Assembly (NCBI GenBank): GCA_964187785.1
Contig: CAXLNC010000888.1
Location: forward strand, 1-64,000
Length of the DNA stretch: 64,000 bases
Origin: Amphiscolops sp. MND2022
Lineage: Eukaryota
Direction: 5' to 3'
In this document: positions 38,707 to 48,989 of the stretch, one piece after another
How positions within the stretch are numbered: the first letter of the stretch is position 1
How the letters are laid out: each line of letters begins with the position of its first letter
The notes under the pieces: model-generated
Database searches by the model: none
Seen by the model: only the letters and a program-made list of their open reading frames with translations
Told to the model about the DNA's origin: nothing
Position numbers and translations under genes: made by a program

Positions 38707-39100
38707 CTTGCGATGTTCATTTTCTGACCCTTTAACCATAACTTCTTCTCCAGGTGATATATTTCCACGTCACTCCTGAGTGCTTTCTCTCTGTGTCCCC
38801 CAATGAATGCCATTACTTCCCGAACAACCGCAACTCCATATCCTCCCCCCAAGTCTTCGGTCATCCATTTATTCCACAGTTTCCTCTCTCGATCATAACA
38901 TCCGTGCACTGTACCGCCTGTTTCTCTGTTACCACTTGTTAGAACCACGAGTGCTTCAGGTGTACACACGGGGTCTTCACTGGGAGACGGATGTAACAGC
39001 GGTAAACCGAAATGATTATCCCTCACAGCTTTCATAACGATTTGCAGACTTTGATTGTTGTTTTTTATCACTTCCCTATCAGCCAAGTCCCACAGCAAAA
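38707..39100 (-). CDS. KLHL-like exon with end of BACK/IVR and Kelch repeats
   Basis: Acceptor ctttag at 39101, donor ag|gtatga at 38706. Kelch GG..VE.Y....W...M...R pattern. Confidence 0.85.
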
Positions 39101-42100
39101 ACTAAAGCAAGCAGGAAGTTTTTGCAAGGATTCAATACAGATAGCTATTGTAAGCGTTTGTACTCATGTGTATAATGTTTATCTAATTTTCTACAATATC
39201 CTGAAATTTCCTGTCCGGCGCTGCCCGAGACAAACAAAATTATGTATCAAAGACAATAACTTACCGGGTAATAAATGTAACAAATGTTAACGATTTGAAA
39301 CATCAGTAAAAATGTATCTTTTCCAGCAAAATTTGTCACTAATGGATAATTCACTAACCTCCAGACCGAGATTCTAAACTTTCAAAATGAATTCTAACCG
39401 ACAATCTTTGATCATCGAGTTGACACTGAAACATACTTTTGAAACGAAACAATAACAATTTTGAAAATTCGAACAGTTGTCTCAGCTTTAGAACTCTTTG
39501 GAACTGGAATTTACATGCCAAGAGATGTATTTACTACCGATTCCAGGATTGTATATTTGCAACCAACAAAAGGAACGATCTGGGTTATGATTGTTCACGA
39601 TTGATGTTCCGATTCGATGTGGAGATACATTGTGTGCGTCCTAATGTGTGTATATATATATAATGAACATTTCACAAAAGTGGTCGTTCAAAATGCACTT
39701 TTTGGGGCACGAGCACTTTTTTTCGCAGATTTCGTGACTTGTGCCAATTTTTCAAACTTGTGAGGCAAATTTCTCAAAACCCAGAACAGATACGGACACC
39801 ATGTTTTCGCTAAAAGTTGCGCAAGATCCAAAGCTACATTTTTGCCGAGAAACGTTTTCAAAAAAATTCGGCTTCATAGTTTTTTTTTCAAAAGAATTTT
39901 TGAAAAAAACGCTATTTTTGACTCTTTTTCATCTTTGATCCCCTATATCTCACAACTGAGACCTAATACAGGGTCCATAGTTTCGTAATTTGTACAAGCG
40001 TTTCATAGGCTACATTTTGGCTTAAAATGACGTCAATTTTTTTCATACTCGGTGTTTTTGGGCAAAAAAGAGGACAAAAAATTTTTCGAAAATTTTTTCT
40101 CATTCGTAGTTCATATTTCTCAAAACTGATGAAAGATACAGAAATCGTTCCCTTTCGAGAAGAACAGCATAGATATTGGCTACTGTTTGGACCAACAAAG
40201 TTACCGTCATCAAGTATGACGCCTTCGTTTTTCTGCCAAAAAAACTTCAATTTTTTTCAAAACAATTTCTTGGTTCTTTTTTACTTGAGCTCGTATATCT
40301 CATGATCGAGACCAAATATGGGGTTCATGGTTTCGTTAATTTTACGAGGCTTATGTAGGCTACGTTTTAGGCTAAAACTGATGTCGAAACTATTGACAAA
40401 AAGCACTACTTTCAGGCCTAACTGTGAAATTATTATATATTGTTTCTTTGACTTTGGTTCATTATGGCCAGTACTGTATTTCAAGTAAATTTTTTCACCA
40501 AAGTAACAATTTCACTTCAAAATATCTTTCGCGCAAGTTCTACATACATTTGACAATCTTTCTGTTTTGTGTTTTAAATATGTTCAATAGAATTCAGATG
40601 AGAACGTTCCAGCAATAAAGACATAAAGCAGACATCAAGACATACATTTCAACAATTGCTTGACACTGTTTAGATTATTTAAAAATCTTCTTATATTCCG
40701 AACTACCGTTAATATTCGGGAAAACTTTCAATTATGGGGAAAAGTTTCGACAATTAAAGTGAGTAAATGAGAAAAGTGAAGCGAAAAATTAACAAAAGTA
40801 TACGAGAAAACATTATGAAGACTGGGTGAAAGAGATTAAAATCAGGCGAAAAAGTTTGTAGTAGTAAAATTAGGGATCATTTGTGTCTTTTTCATGTTCA
40901 AAACTTTTCATACCTGTTTTTCCACCAGCTTGAAAAAACTCACCCAGTGTTGAGAAAAACGTACTAAATTAATTTTTCAAACCTTTTGTCGCACCTTGTT
41001 ATCAGTGGCCTAAAAATTTGAAAAACTGTCCGACCTTATTAAGATCTTGGCCGTTTAAATTGAGGTGATTAAATTATATGTTAGTGATGAATTTTAATAA
41101 AGCTGACATTTTTGTTGCTGATTTTTTCAACTGTTCACAAATTTCATATTGACAATTTATCATTTTTAATAAATATTTTTTCGTCCAGGGCTTGGCTCGA
41201 GCTGGATACAGATATAGGCTGAGCTTTGATCTTCGTGATATACCATGAAACTAAAATAGTGACATTGATTTAGGCCACTAACATTATTTGTCAGTAGTTC
41301 AATTTTGGGCTGCATTAGACCGCGCAAAGGTTCTGATCGGCCATTTTTGTCGGCCTCAACCCAGTCAAGTAGTATCTGAAACGATTCAGTCGAGACTCGA
41401 GGAAAAAGAATGAAGTGGGATTCTATTGAACGCATGCTCACCTTAAACGCATCATCGGCGCGAGACGAGTCAATTTTGTCTGACGTCATCAGTTGTTGCA
41501 TTGTTTTCAGAGGCATAGCTTTCAACTTATCGTTCGAGTTTCGAGCGACATCCCAAATGTTCTTCTGAAACACCAGAAAGACATTTCAGAATCCGAACTT
41601 TTAAAATTCGAACATTTTAAGTCTTCGAGTCCAGCCGTCTAGACTCTCATGGCTTCGTGGAATTGGAAAAATGTGGTAGTTGCCAGCAGAAACTTTTGTA
41701 ACGAAGAACCTTTTTTCCTCCGGTTGGCTCCCTCTCCAAGAAACTGCGATAACCCAGTGTGAAATATCTTGAAACTATTGACAAGATCTTGAATTTTCCT
41801 GCAAATTCCCGTTACCTCTTGGAACCCTTAATAGGATCATGAATTATCTTGGACCGTTAAAAGTTTTGAAATTCTTGACAAGATTCTTGTCAAGATTCCT
41901 GTCAAGAAATCAGGGAGGTGGAAACTGCATTTGGCAACTCTGATTATTTATGCATTTCATCAAGCCCCAATTCAGGAGCGCTCGTATGGAACTAAATTTG
42001 TTTATTAGAAACTTTACAGCGAGAATAAGGAAAATTATCAAATATGAAATCAGGCAAACTTTCCAAAAGTATTTGGAAGCCAACATGGTGAATCAGACTC

Positions 42101-44283
42101 ATTGCGTTATGATTATATGAAACAAAATTTGATACCAATTGACATACATATCGTTTTTCTAGAGGTGGAACTATAGTACACCAATTCAGCATAGTATACC
42201 GTATATTAATATCAAATCCTCAATTCTCTTTTTTGTGGTGCTCAAGAGCATTACTTTTACCAAATTAAGTGAGAGTCAATGCTTTTTTTGCGTTATTCAT
42301 CCATGATCATTCATTTATTTTCTCAAAACTCTTGCTTTTTTTTGCGTAGTCATGGGTTTTCCCGGATTTCTTGGCAAGATTCCTGGCAATTGTGGAATTT
42401 TCGTTGATTTCCTGACAGATTTTCTGGTTTTTCCCGAGTGTCTTTTTAACTGAAAACCTTTTTTTCCGTTTTTTGGTGGACAAAGTTAGGCCTTTTTGTT
42501 AAGTTTTTGGTAAGATCTTGTCGTACATATTCTTGTTGCTCTTGGTGAGAATCTTGCCAGGAATCTTACCAAGGGTTCAAGAAATTTGCAAGAATCTTGA
42601 CAAGAGTTTCAAGATACTTAACACTGAGAATGCAGTGACTGTCCGGGTTGGAAGCCAATCGCAGATTACTGGTGGTCACCGATGACCCACCGAAGTCGCA
42701 CCGATGGACCACTGAGCTGGCATCCGCAGCTGTTGCCGGGGCCACTGGTGGTCCACCCGTAGCCCACCCGTGGAAACATTTTGTGTTGCATACAAAATAT
42801 TGATAAAATCGTGACGTGAACTTGTCTTTATTGCAGCAGATGTACGTTTGTGGAAGTGTTAACAACCTCCGGATTCCATAACGAATTAATGAGAATCAAA
42901 AAAGTACGTTTTCAACAATTTCCCATAATTCACATTTCATTTTTTGAAAAAAAATCACAGGTGTCAACCGGTGGAGCACCAGTGACCACTGATGGAAATC
43001 CAAAAGTGACTGATCATATTAAATTGCCTCACCGGTGGTCACTTGTGTTCCACCGGTGGTCACCTGTGGTTTGCGATGAAGTGCCAGTACGGGTGTACGA
43101 TACACAGTGGTAAATCTGGATTCAAATCTGACTGTGATATAATGAAGCTCCTGATGGACAATATTACTCGTGTTCAAAATGTCGTTCAGTTCGTTGGCAT
43201 AATTGTCTTGATCGAGCAAACTGATCATTGAGTAGGGAATTATCTGCTCCAGAGTTTCATATTGATTGATTCAAGTCGAAGTGGAAGAAAATTAGAAAAT
43301 TGGAAAAAAAAATAAAATGTCAATGCAAGATTTGTAAAGCCACTTTTAGCATACCAAAGAAATGGAACTGCAGTGACACGCTAGCTCATTATCGTAACAC
43401 TCAGTACGTATTGCTCAATTGATGTTAGTGTTCAGGATTTCGTGCTATGTGGATACGGAATACATCGTGCTGATTCAGGACTCAATGAATACAGGTAAAC
43501 AAAATGTGAAGAATTCCTTCATCTGATACATTCATGCGTTGGGATGGTTTCGACCTGGCATCCCTGTGAATTCACAGCTAATTGTTAATTCCTCCCGTCC
43601 GTGGTTTGAACTCTCAAAACTTTCTCGTTTTTGTGTTTGACAAGTTTATATCATTTGGAATAATGTAATTGAATGATCCGAGCTCAATTCACAAAAAAAT
43701 TGAGTTGCAAATAGTTTTACCTCGAGTGTTCAAGTAGCTCACCAGCATAGGTGATAGTCGAAGCATTTTCTGGGAGGAAAACAATACGGAAGATTTTTGC
43801 GAGTTATTAGGATATTGACTAGTAAAGTATGAGATGCGCAAGTGGTCGAGACACTTATCACAGGGCACCCTGTTGAAAAGTAGGATTCGAGATTCTTAAA
43901 AGTTCAAGGTACTTACCGAAAAATACTCCTCACTTCTGGCCTCGATATCTTTCCGCCCCACGGTTCCCGCACACAGCATCAAATTAACACAGTTGGAAGC
44001 TGTAATATCTTGGTCTAAGAACTCTTTGCATAGAGTAACGAGTTCTTCCACTCTGAGCTTTTCGGCATCCTTCTGGATGAATTGGAAATTGTCAAACGTA
44101 AGGTCAATATGGTCTAAAAAATTTACATTCTCTAAGGAAAAACATCGAAGAAGTTGTTCAATTGTATATAAGCTTAATAACAACCTGTATATATGAAATC
44201 AACTATCGGCTTCAACGACTCCTTATTTACATCTTTGAAAACTATCTTCAGCCATAGTTGCACGTCTCTTCCTTTTACATAGG
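38707..44283 (-). CDS. Host BTB-BACK-Kelch (KLHL-like) gene, partial model. Exons (minus): ~44283-44185, 44113-43917, 41564-41442, 41375-41283, 39100-38707
   Basis: Spliced reading: KIVFKDVNKESLKPIVDFIYT|DHIDLTFDNFQFIQKDAEKLRVEELVTLCKEFL..NCVNL (BTB); EYFS|KNIWDV..LMTSDKID..DDAFK|ILLDWVEADKNGR (BACK); VAVVREVMAFIGGHREKALRSDVEIYHLEKKLWLKGQKMNIAR (Kelch). GT..AG junctions are phase-compatible for the first three introns. 5' end and later Kelch blades not found. Confidence 0.85.
41283..41564 (-). CDS. KLHL-like BACK exons 41564-41442 and 41375-41283, split by a 66 nt intron
   Basis: tttcag|AAGAAC; AAG|gtgagc...tttcag|ATA; probable donor |gttagt at 41282. Confidence 0.8.
41780..43085. repeat. 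Intronic arrays of short palindromic motifs: CAAGA(T/A)TC(T/C)TG type at ~41780-41910 and 42365-42610; CACCGGTG/GGTGGTCAC type at ~42670-43085
   Basis: Examples: cttgacaagattcttgtcaag, caccggtggagcacc, caccggtggtcac repeated. Confidence 0.6.
43917..44113 (-). CDS. KLHL-like exon: BTB C-terminal helices / start of BACK
   Basis: Acceptor tttttag|ac, donor tcg|gtaagt. 197 nt = 2 + 65 codons. Confidence 0.88.
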
Positions 44284-44512
44284 CTAAAACATCAAAATGG
44301 TTGTTTGTACTGTGAACATTCAACATTTTACATTATTGGATAATAAAAATTATATTCTAAAAAAGTTGCAAAATGAGTATTACTAGTATTTGCGCCCTTG
44401 AGAACTAAAACTGAACTCATTTTAAAATAATTTTGGAAAATCAAAGATAATCATTAGAGTGCACAGGCAAGCATAATTTGCTCAAAGCGCAACTTTGTGC
44501 TTTCAATACCTC

Positions 44513-44719
44513 GGATTCCACGACCATACCTTTAACCGTGCAAAATTGGCAAATTACGTCATAAGTCCCGGATTCCACGGATTTCGTCGTGGATTCCGGT
44601 AACAAATGCTTAGCTGTACGCACTGTCGGCATGCCGCTGTGTCCCGGATTCCACAAAAACGTAAGTTTTGCAAAACGAACCAATCAGATTGCAGAAATCA
44701 TAAATTTCCTGGATTCCAC
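44513..44719. repeat. Five GGATTCC(AC) motifs in ~200 bp
   Basis: At 44513, 44570, 44591, 44646 and 44711. Confidence 0.75.
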
Positions 44720-44849
44720 GACTTTATGCTTGACGCGATACGCGCCATCTCTTCTTGAATTAATTTCAAGTGGAAGACTGAACAAACATAATATTATGCA
44801 CTACTTTTCGTATATAAATTCAAAATGATTCAGACTAACACACCATTAT

Positions 44850-45193
44850 TACACAAATGTTCGTATTTTTCAGTTTAGTACCAGTTTTCAACAAACGGTC
44901 AGATCATCACAATCTGCCAATTTTTGATGACATGCTGCAGTTTTGGTACCAGTAATGAGTATCTCTGTTCGTACTTTGGGATTTTTCGTGTCAATCAAAA
45001 CAATTTCCATTGATATAAAATTAATTTATTCAAAAGTTCTTTTGCCTTTCCAAAAAGGATCATGCAAAATGAATATTATTTTACACAGATATTGGTATTT
45101 TTTTAAAAAAAGGCGTTAGCCAACAGAGAAGCTTTGGAAGCGGACAAGAAGTAAAGCTAGAGCCAGTATGTCAAATCAACGAACGCGCCAGAA
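44850..45193 (+). repeat. ~340 bp dispersed direct repeat, partner at ~57590-57933
   Basis: Shared cagatcatcacaatctgcca..gacatgctgca..ggtaccag..cgtactttgggatttttcgtgtc..ggcgttagccaacagagaagcttt..gtcaaatcaacgaacgcgccag. Confidence 0.9.
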
Positions 45194-45194
45194 A

Positions 45195-47200
45195 GCTGAA
45201 GAACTATGGTAAAATTGGTTCACTGTAAACGAAGTAACAAAATGTAAATTTATTTCAGGAGATCACAAGCAGCAGAAAACCGCGGATTGACCAATCAGCG
45301 CGGAGCTGGCACATGAGAGCGAACGGTGCAGAAGCATAGAAGTGTCAAGTGAAGTGGAAATGGCTAGAACAATCAAACAGGCAATTGAAGAGATAGTGGC
45401 ACCAATTAATACAAAAGTAGCAAGCGAAGAAACCCAAGATTCAGACAGCTCATCGAACATGAGCAACGAACTAACTGAAGCGGCAAACCAACCATCGATG
45501 AAAGTTCCCGTGTGTTACTCTATAATCCAAATTGAAGTTCTTCTGGCACTGGGAATTTCTACGTTTGCATCCCAGTAAGAAGCGGACGAATTTCTCCAAA
45601 AAATTATCACTTTAGTTAAAAAGCCAGATACGACAAAAATCAGTCGTCTGCCAACTCCATGGCGCGCAAAATAAAAGTGCCTAAGCCTTGATACAAACGA
45701 TTTCCTCTACATGGATGAAAGAGATATCATTCCAAAAACTCTTCGGCCTGTACTTATCTGCTCGTTACATTATGGCCATCCAGGCCGTGACAGCATGTTA
45801 GCGACCGTCGGCAACATTTGGTGGCCAAAACTACATCGGGAAGTGGTGTCCCTTGCAAAAGCATGCGCCCAATGCCAACAAGCCGGTAAGACTATCAAAC
45901 CTATACTTAGACAGAACAAATAGATAAGTTACCTGAATGTACAGAAATCAATCAAGGGATAGTGATAGACTTGGCGGGGCCGTTCCAAAACGCCATAAAA
46001 GTTAGGACATACCTACTAGTATGAAAAGACCATTTGTCGGGTTGGCCAGACGCAAATTTCTTAACAAATCCAACAACAGAGAATGTCTTAGAATTTAAAA
46101 AAAACTACATAGCTAACCACGGAATACCCAAAACGATACAAACAGCCCCGGCCACAAAACTGAAAAGTAAACGTTTTGAAGACTTTTTAAAACGCGATTG
46201 ATTAGACATACTGAATGCCCAAAAGGAAATCACAAAGGCAATAGAAAGATCGAGAGATTAATTAGAACAATTAACGAAAGGCTCCGAACAAACAAACAAA
46301 TAGTAGTAAGCCGTGATAATTCCGGATGATCAGAAATCCTGTTCGCACTGCGAATGTACCCTTCAGGACAAGGGCGATCGCCGTATGAAAAAAATACGGT
46401 CATAAAACTAAAAAAAGTAGTAATATATCCGTTTCGACTTTTTTTTTAGAAAACTCCACAGTGACGCTCAACGATACAGCCTTCGAGTCTGGACAAGACT
46501 CGGCCATACAAATACGAAAGAGGACCAGGGGCACGAAGCTAGAAGGGGCATACAAGAAATGACGGGGTACGCTTCTAGAACACAGCAATCACACAATTGC
46601 GTTCCTGCCAGCAGGAAAAATCAACCGACGGTGATATCTAAACGAAACATTGAAAATACAAGCAACAAACCATGCTGTTCACGTGAAGCTGAAAAACTGA
46701 CAAGAATGGAGGAACTGCGAAAATACAGCGAGCTGCCACTTATTAACGAGTTCACCAAAAATAGCGAGTCGCCACCAGAGACACACTGCCGAAACGACGG
46801 AGAGGAGACAGATGACGAAACCCCGCCAATTGACAAAACGCCGCCAAATCAGTCAGAAGGCAACAATCCCAAATCGCCACCAAAACGAAATGAACCAGCA
46901 GTAGTGCAAACCCTGAAGAAGAAGACCAAAAAGGTGAAGAAAACGCGAAAATCTGCAGCCACAACGAAAAAACCCGATTTCCAATGGGAAACCAAAAGGA
47001 AGAAAAACCAGAAAGCCCCCCACCGACAATTACTAAAAAAGAACCCAAAAATTGGAAAGCAGTGAACCAGAAGACGATACAACATCAACGCAGTCAGAAC
47101 CGGCCTATCAAATTAAAGGGCCACTCTCATTGGCTGAACCACTCAGAAGAGGAGAAAGAAATCGGCAGAAAACTGACTTTTATGGTCACAATTTGACGTA
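45195..47200 (+). pseudogene. pol: Gypsy family C fragment: RH-IN linker, integrase (HHCC, decayed core), charged tail
   Basis: LHYGHPGRDSMLATVGNIWWPKLHREVVSLAKACAQC; IDLAGP; TVISKRNI; many stops. Confidence 0.88.
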
Positions 47201-47630
47201 AGCAAATTCACCAAACCTGCGGAAAGCGATGAATACTAAACAGCCAAACAAAACTCCGCAAAATTTCACTGTTGCCAGTTACCAGTTAACCAAACATGTA
47301 AAGTATTTACCCTAAACCTTGAGTTAAAATAGTTGAGTATTACGTACAACTCCATTGTAAACATTTATATTCGATTGACTCTGACCCTAGTCAGGCGGTG
47401 TGAGAGAGCTAAGTTAACCTCTCGAACTCATGTGTAAACAATAGAAAACCTTGTTGTTGACAATTTTTTTTATACATATGTACCCACAAGAACTGAACTG
47501 AAAGATATTTGAAACAGTTCATTCACCATATGGTCTTTCTCATAATCAGTAATACATTCTTGTCAACACTGTCTTCCGTTTACTGCCCAAAGAGCATAGC
47601 ATCGTAGCTTGGCAGATTCATCAACAGATA

Positions 47631-48025
47631 TTATGGACATATTTTGTTTCTCCGACTTGTAATAGCTACGAATTTTGGTTTCAAATGTAATTCAGGATAA
47701 AATTAATCATGAATAGTTTTGGTCCCAATCATCAGTAATTTTTTTAACTCACGATTGGGACCGAAATATCACAATTTTTTTCATTTTAGTATACTAAAAA
47801 GGCTCGTTTTTGTCCTCACAAAAGATATTATGGACTTATTTTGTCTCTCTGACTTCTAATAGCACCGAAATTTGGCTGAAAAATATTTTAAAGGTGAACA
47901 TGATCACGAATACCTTTGGTCCCAATCGTGAGTAATTTTTTACCCACGATTGGGACCAAAATATCACAAAAACTTATCCAATTTTAGTATACTAAAAGGC
48001 CTCTTTTTTGTTCTCACGAAAGACT
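47631..48025. repeat. 197 bp tandem repeat (2 units, a third partial after 48786; related piece at ~60590-60640)
   Basis: ttatggac.. at 47631 and 47828. Each unit has inverted GGTCCCAATC...GATTGGGACC. Confidence 0.85.
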
Positions 48026-48785
48026 GGACCATGTGTTCAATTCTCCCCCCCCCAGGTACACCTTGTACAGCCCCAATTACAAGCCCCAATTACAGCCCCA
48101 CCCCCCCAACACGAAAACAGCTTTTTCACAAGAAAATTAATTATTGAATGAATAAAACAAGTTGATATGCTTACAAATATTAACAAAAGCGTTTTGATCA
48201 AACCGATCTCTCCACATAAATTCTTGTAAATACCATGGAGCATACTTCGATGACATCCGAGCATTCTTTTGATGATTGTCTTTTTTCGATACCAGTACAA
48301 CTCGATGTGCTGGGTGTGAACTCCACTATCTGGTTCCACAAAATTAATGGAATGGTTAACTGTTCTGTGTTCCAACCCCATCCGCACAATCTCTCGGTAG
48401 GCTCGCCATTCATTTCGGACAATTTCCATTTTGACACTTCCAGTCAAAATCGTCTTTGACTTTTTATATTTTGTCCAAATTAGACAATTTTTGCAGATGG
48501 GACATTTTAAACTTCGAGCCAAAAGGCCCAAATTTTTGAAATGTTGAACACAAAGTTCGTGGTTTCGTAAATATGGAAGTATGTCCGTTTGGAAGCACAT
48601 TTAAAAGTATAATGATTGATTTTCTTTGTCAATCAATGTAAAAGATATACTTATGTCGACAATCTACATCAACTATTTAAAATGATATGTCGACATATTT
48701 AATTCGTTTTAAAAAACTGGTATTTGAACCTTCTGTCTTATTTCCCCCCGTCGCAGTTTGGAGGGGGGGATTGAACACATGGTCC
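48026..48785 (-). mobile_element. Internally deleted Merlin (IS1016/ISXO2-like) DNA transposon, 760 bp
   Basis: TIR GGACCATGTGTTCAAT (16 bp perfect). 8 bp TSD gaaagact/gaaagatt. ORF 48037..48600 has CPIC and WRAY...HRTVNHSINFVEPDSGVHTQHIELYW...K, the ISXO2 transposase C-terminal signature. Confidence 0.92.
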
Positions 48786-48989
48786 GAAAGATTTTTTGGA
48801 CATATTTTAACTGTCTGATTTCCAATAGCAACGAATTTTGGCTTTAAAAAGTCTTAGTCTCACAAAAACATTGAAAACAATTTGGATGGCGTTTTATAAA
48901 AACATGGCATTTATTTATAACTGTCTTTTTATCAAAAAATGGCAGTTTGGCAGAGCAGTCAACCAATCGCAGCACAGCTGAGAGAAAAG

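Noticed and set aside
39660-40440. Tc1-like MITE in the KLHL intron
   Set aside because: Terminal similarity too weak to define TIRs or TSD.
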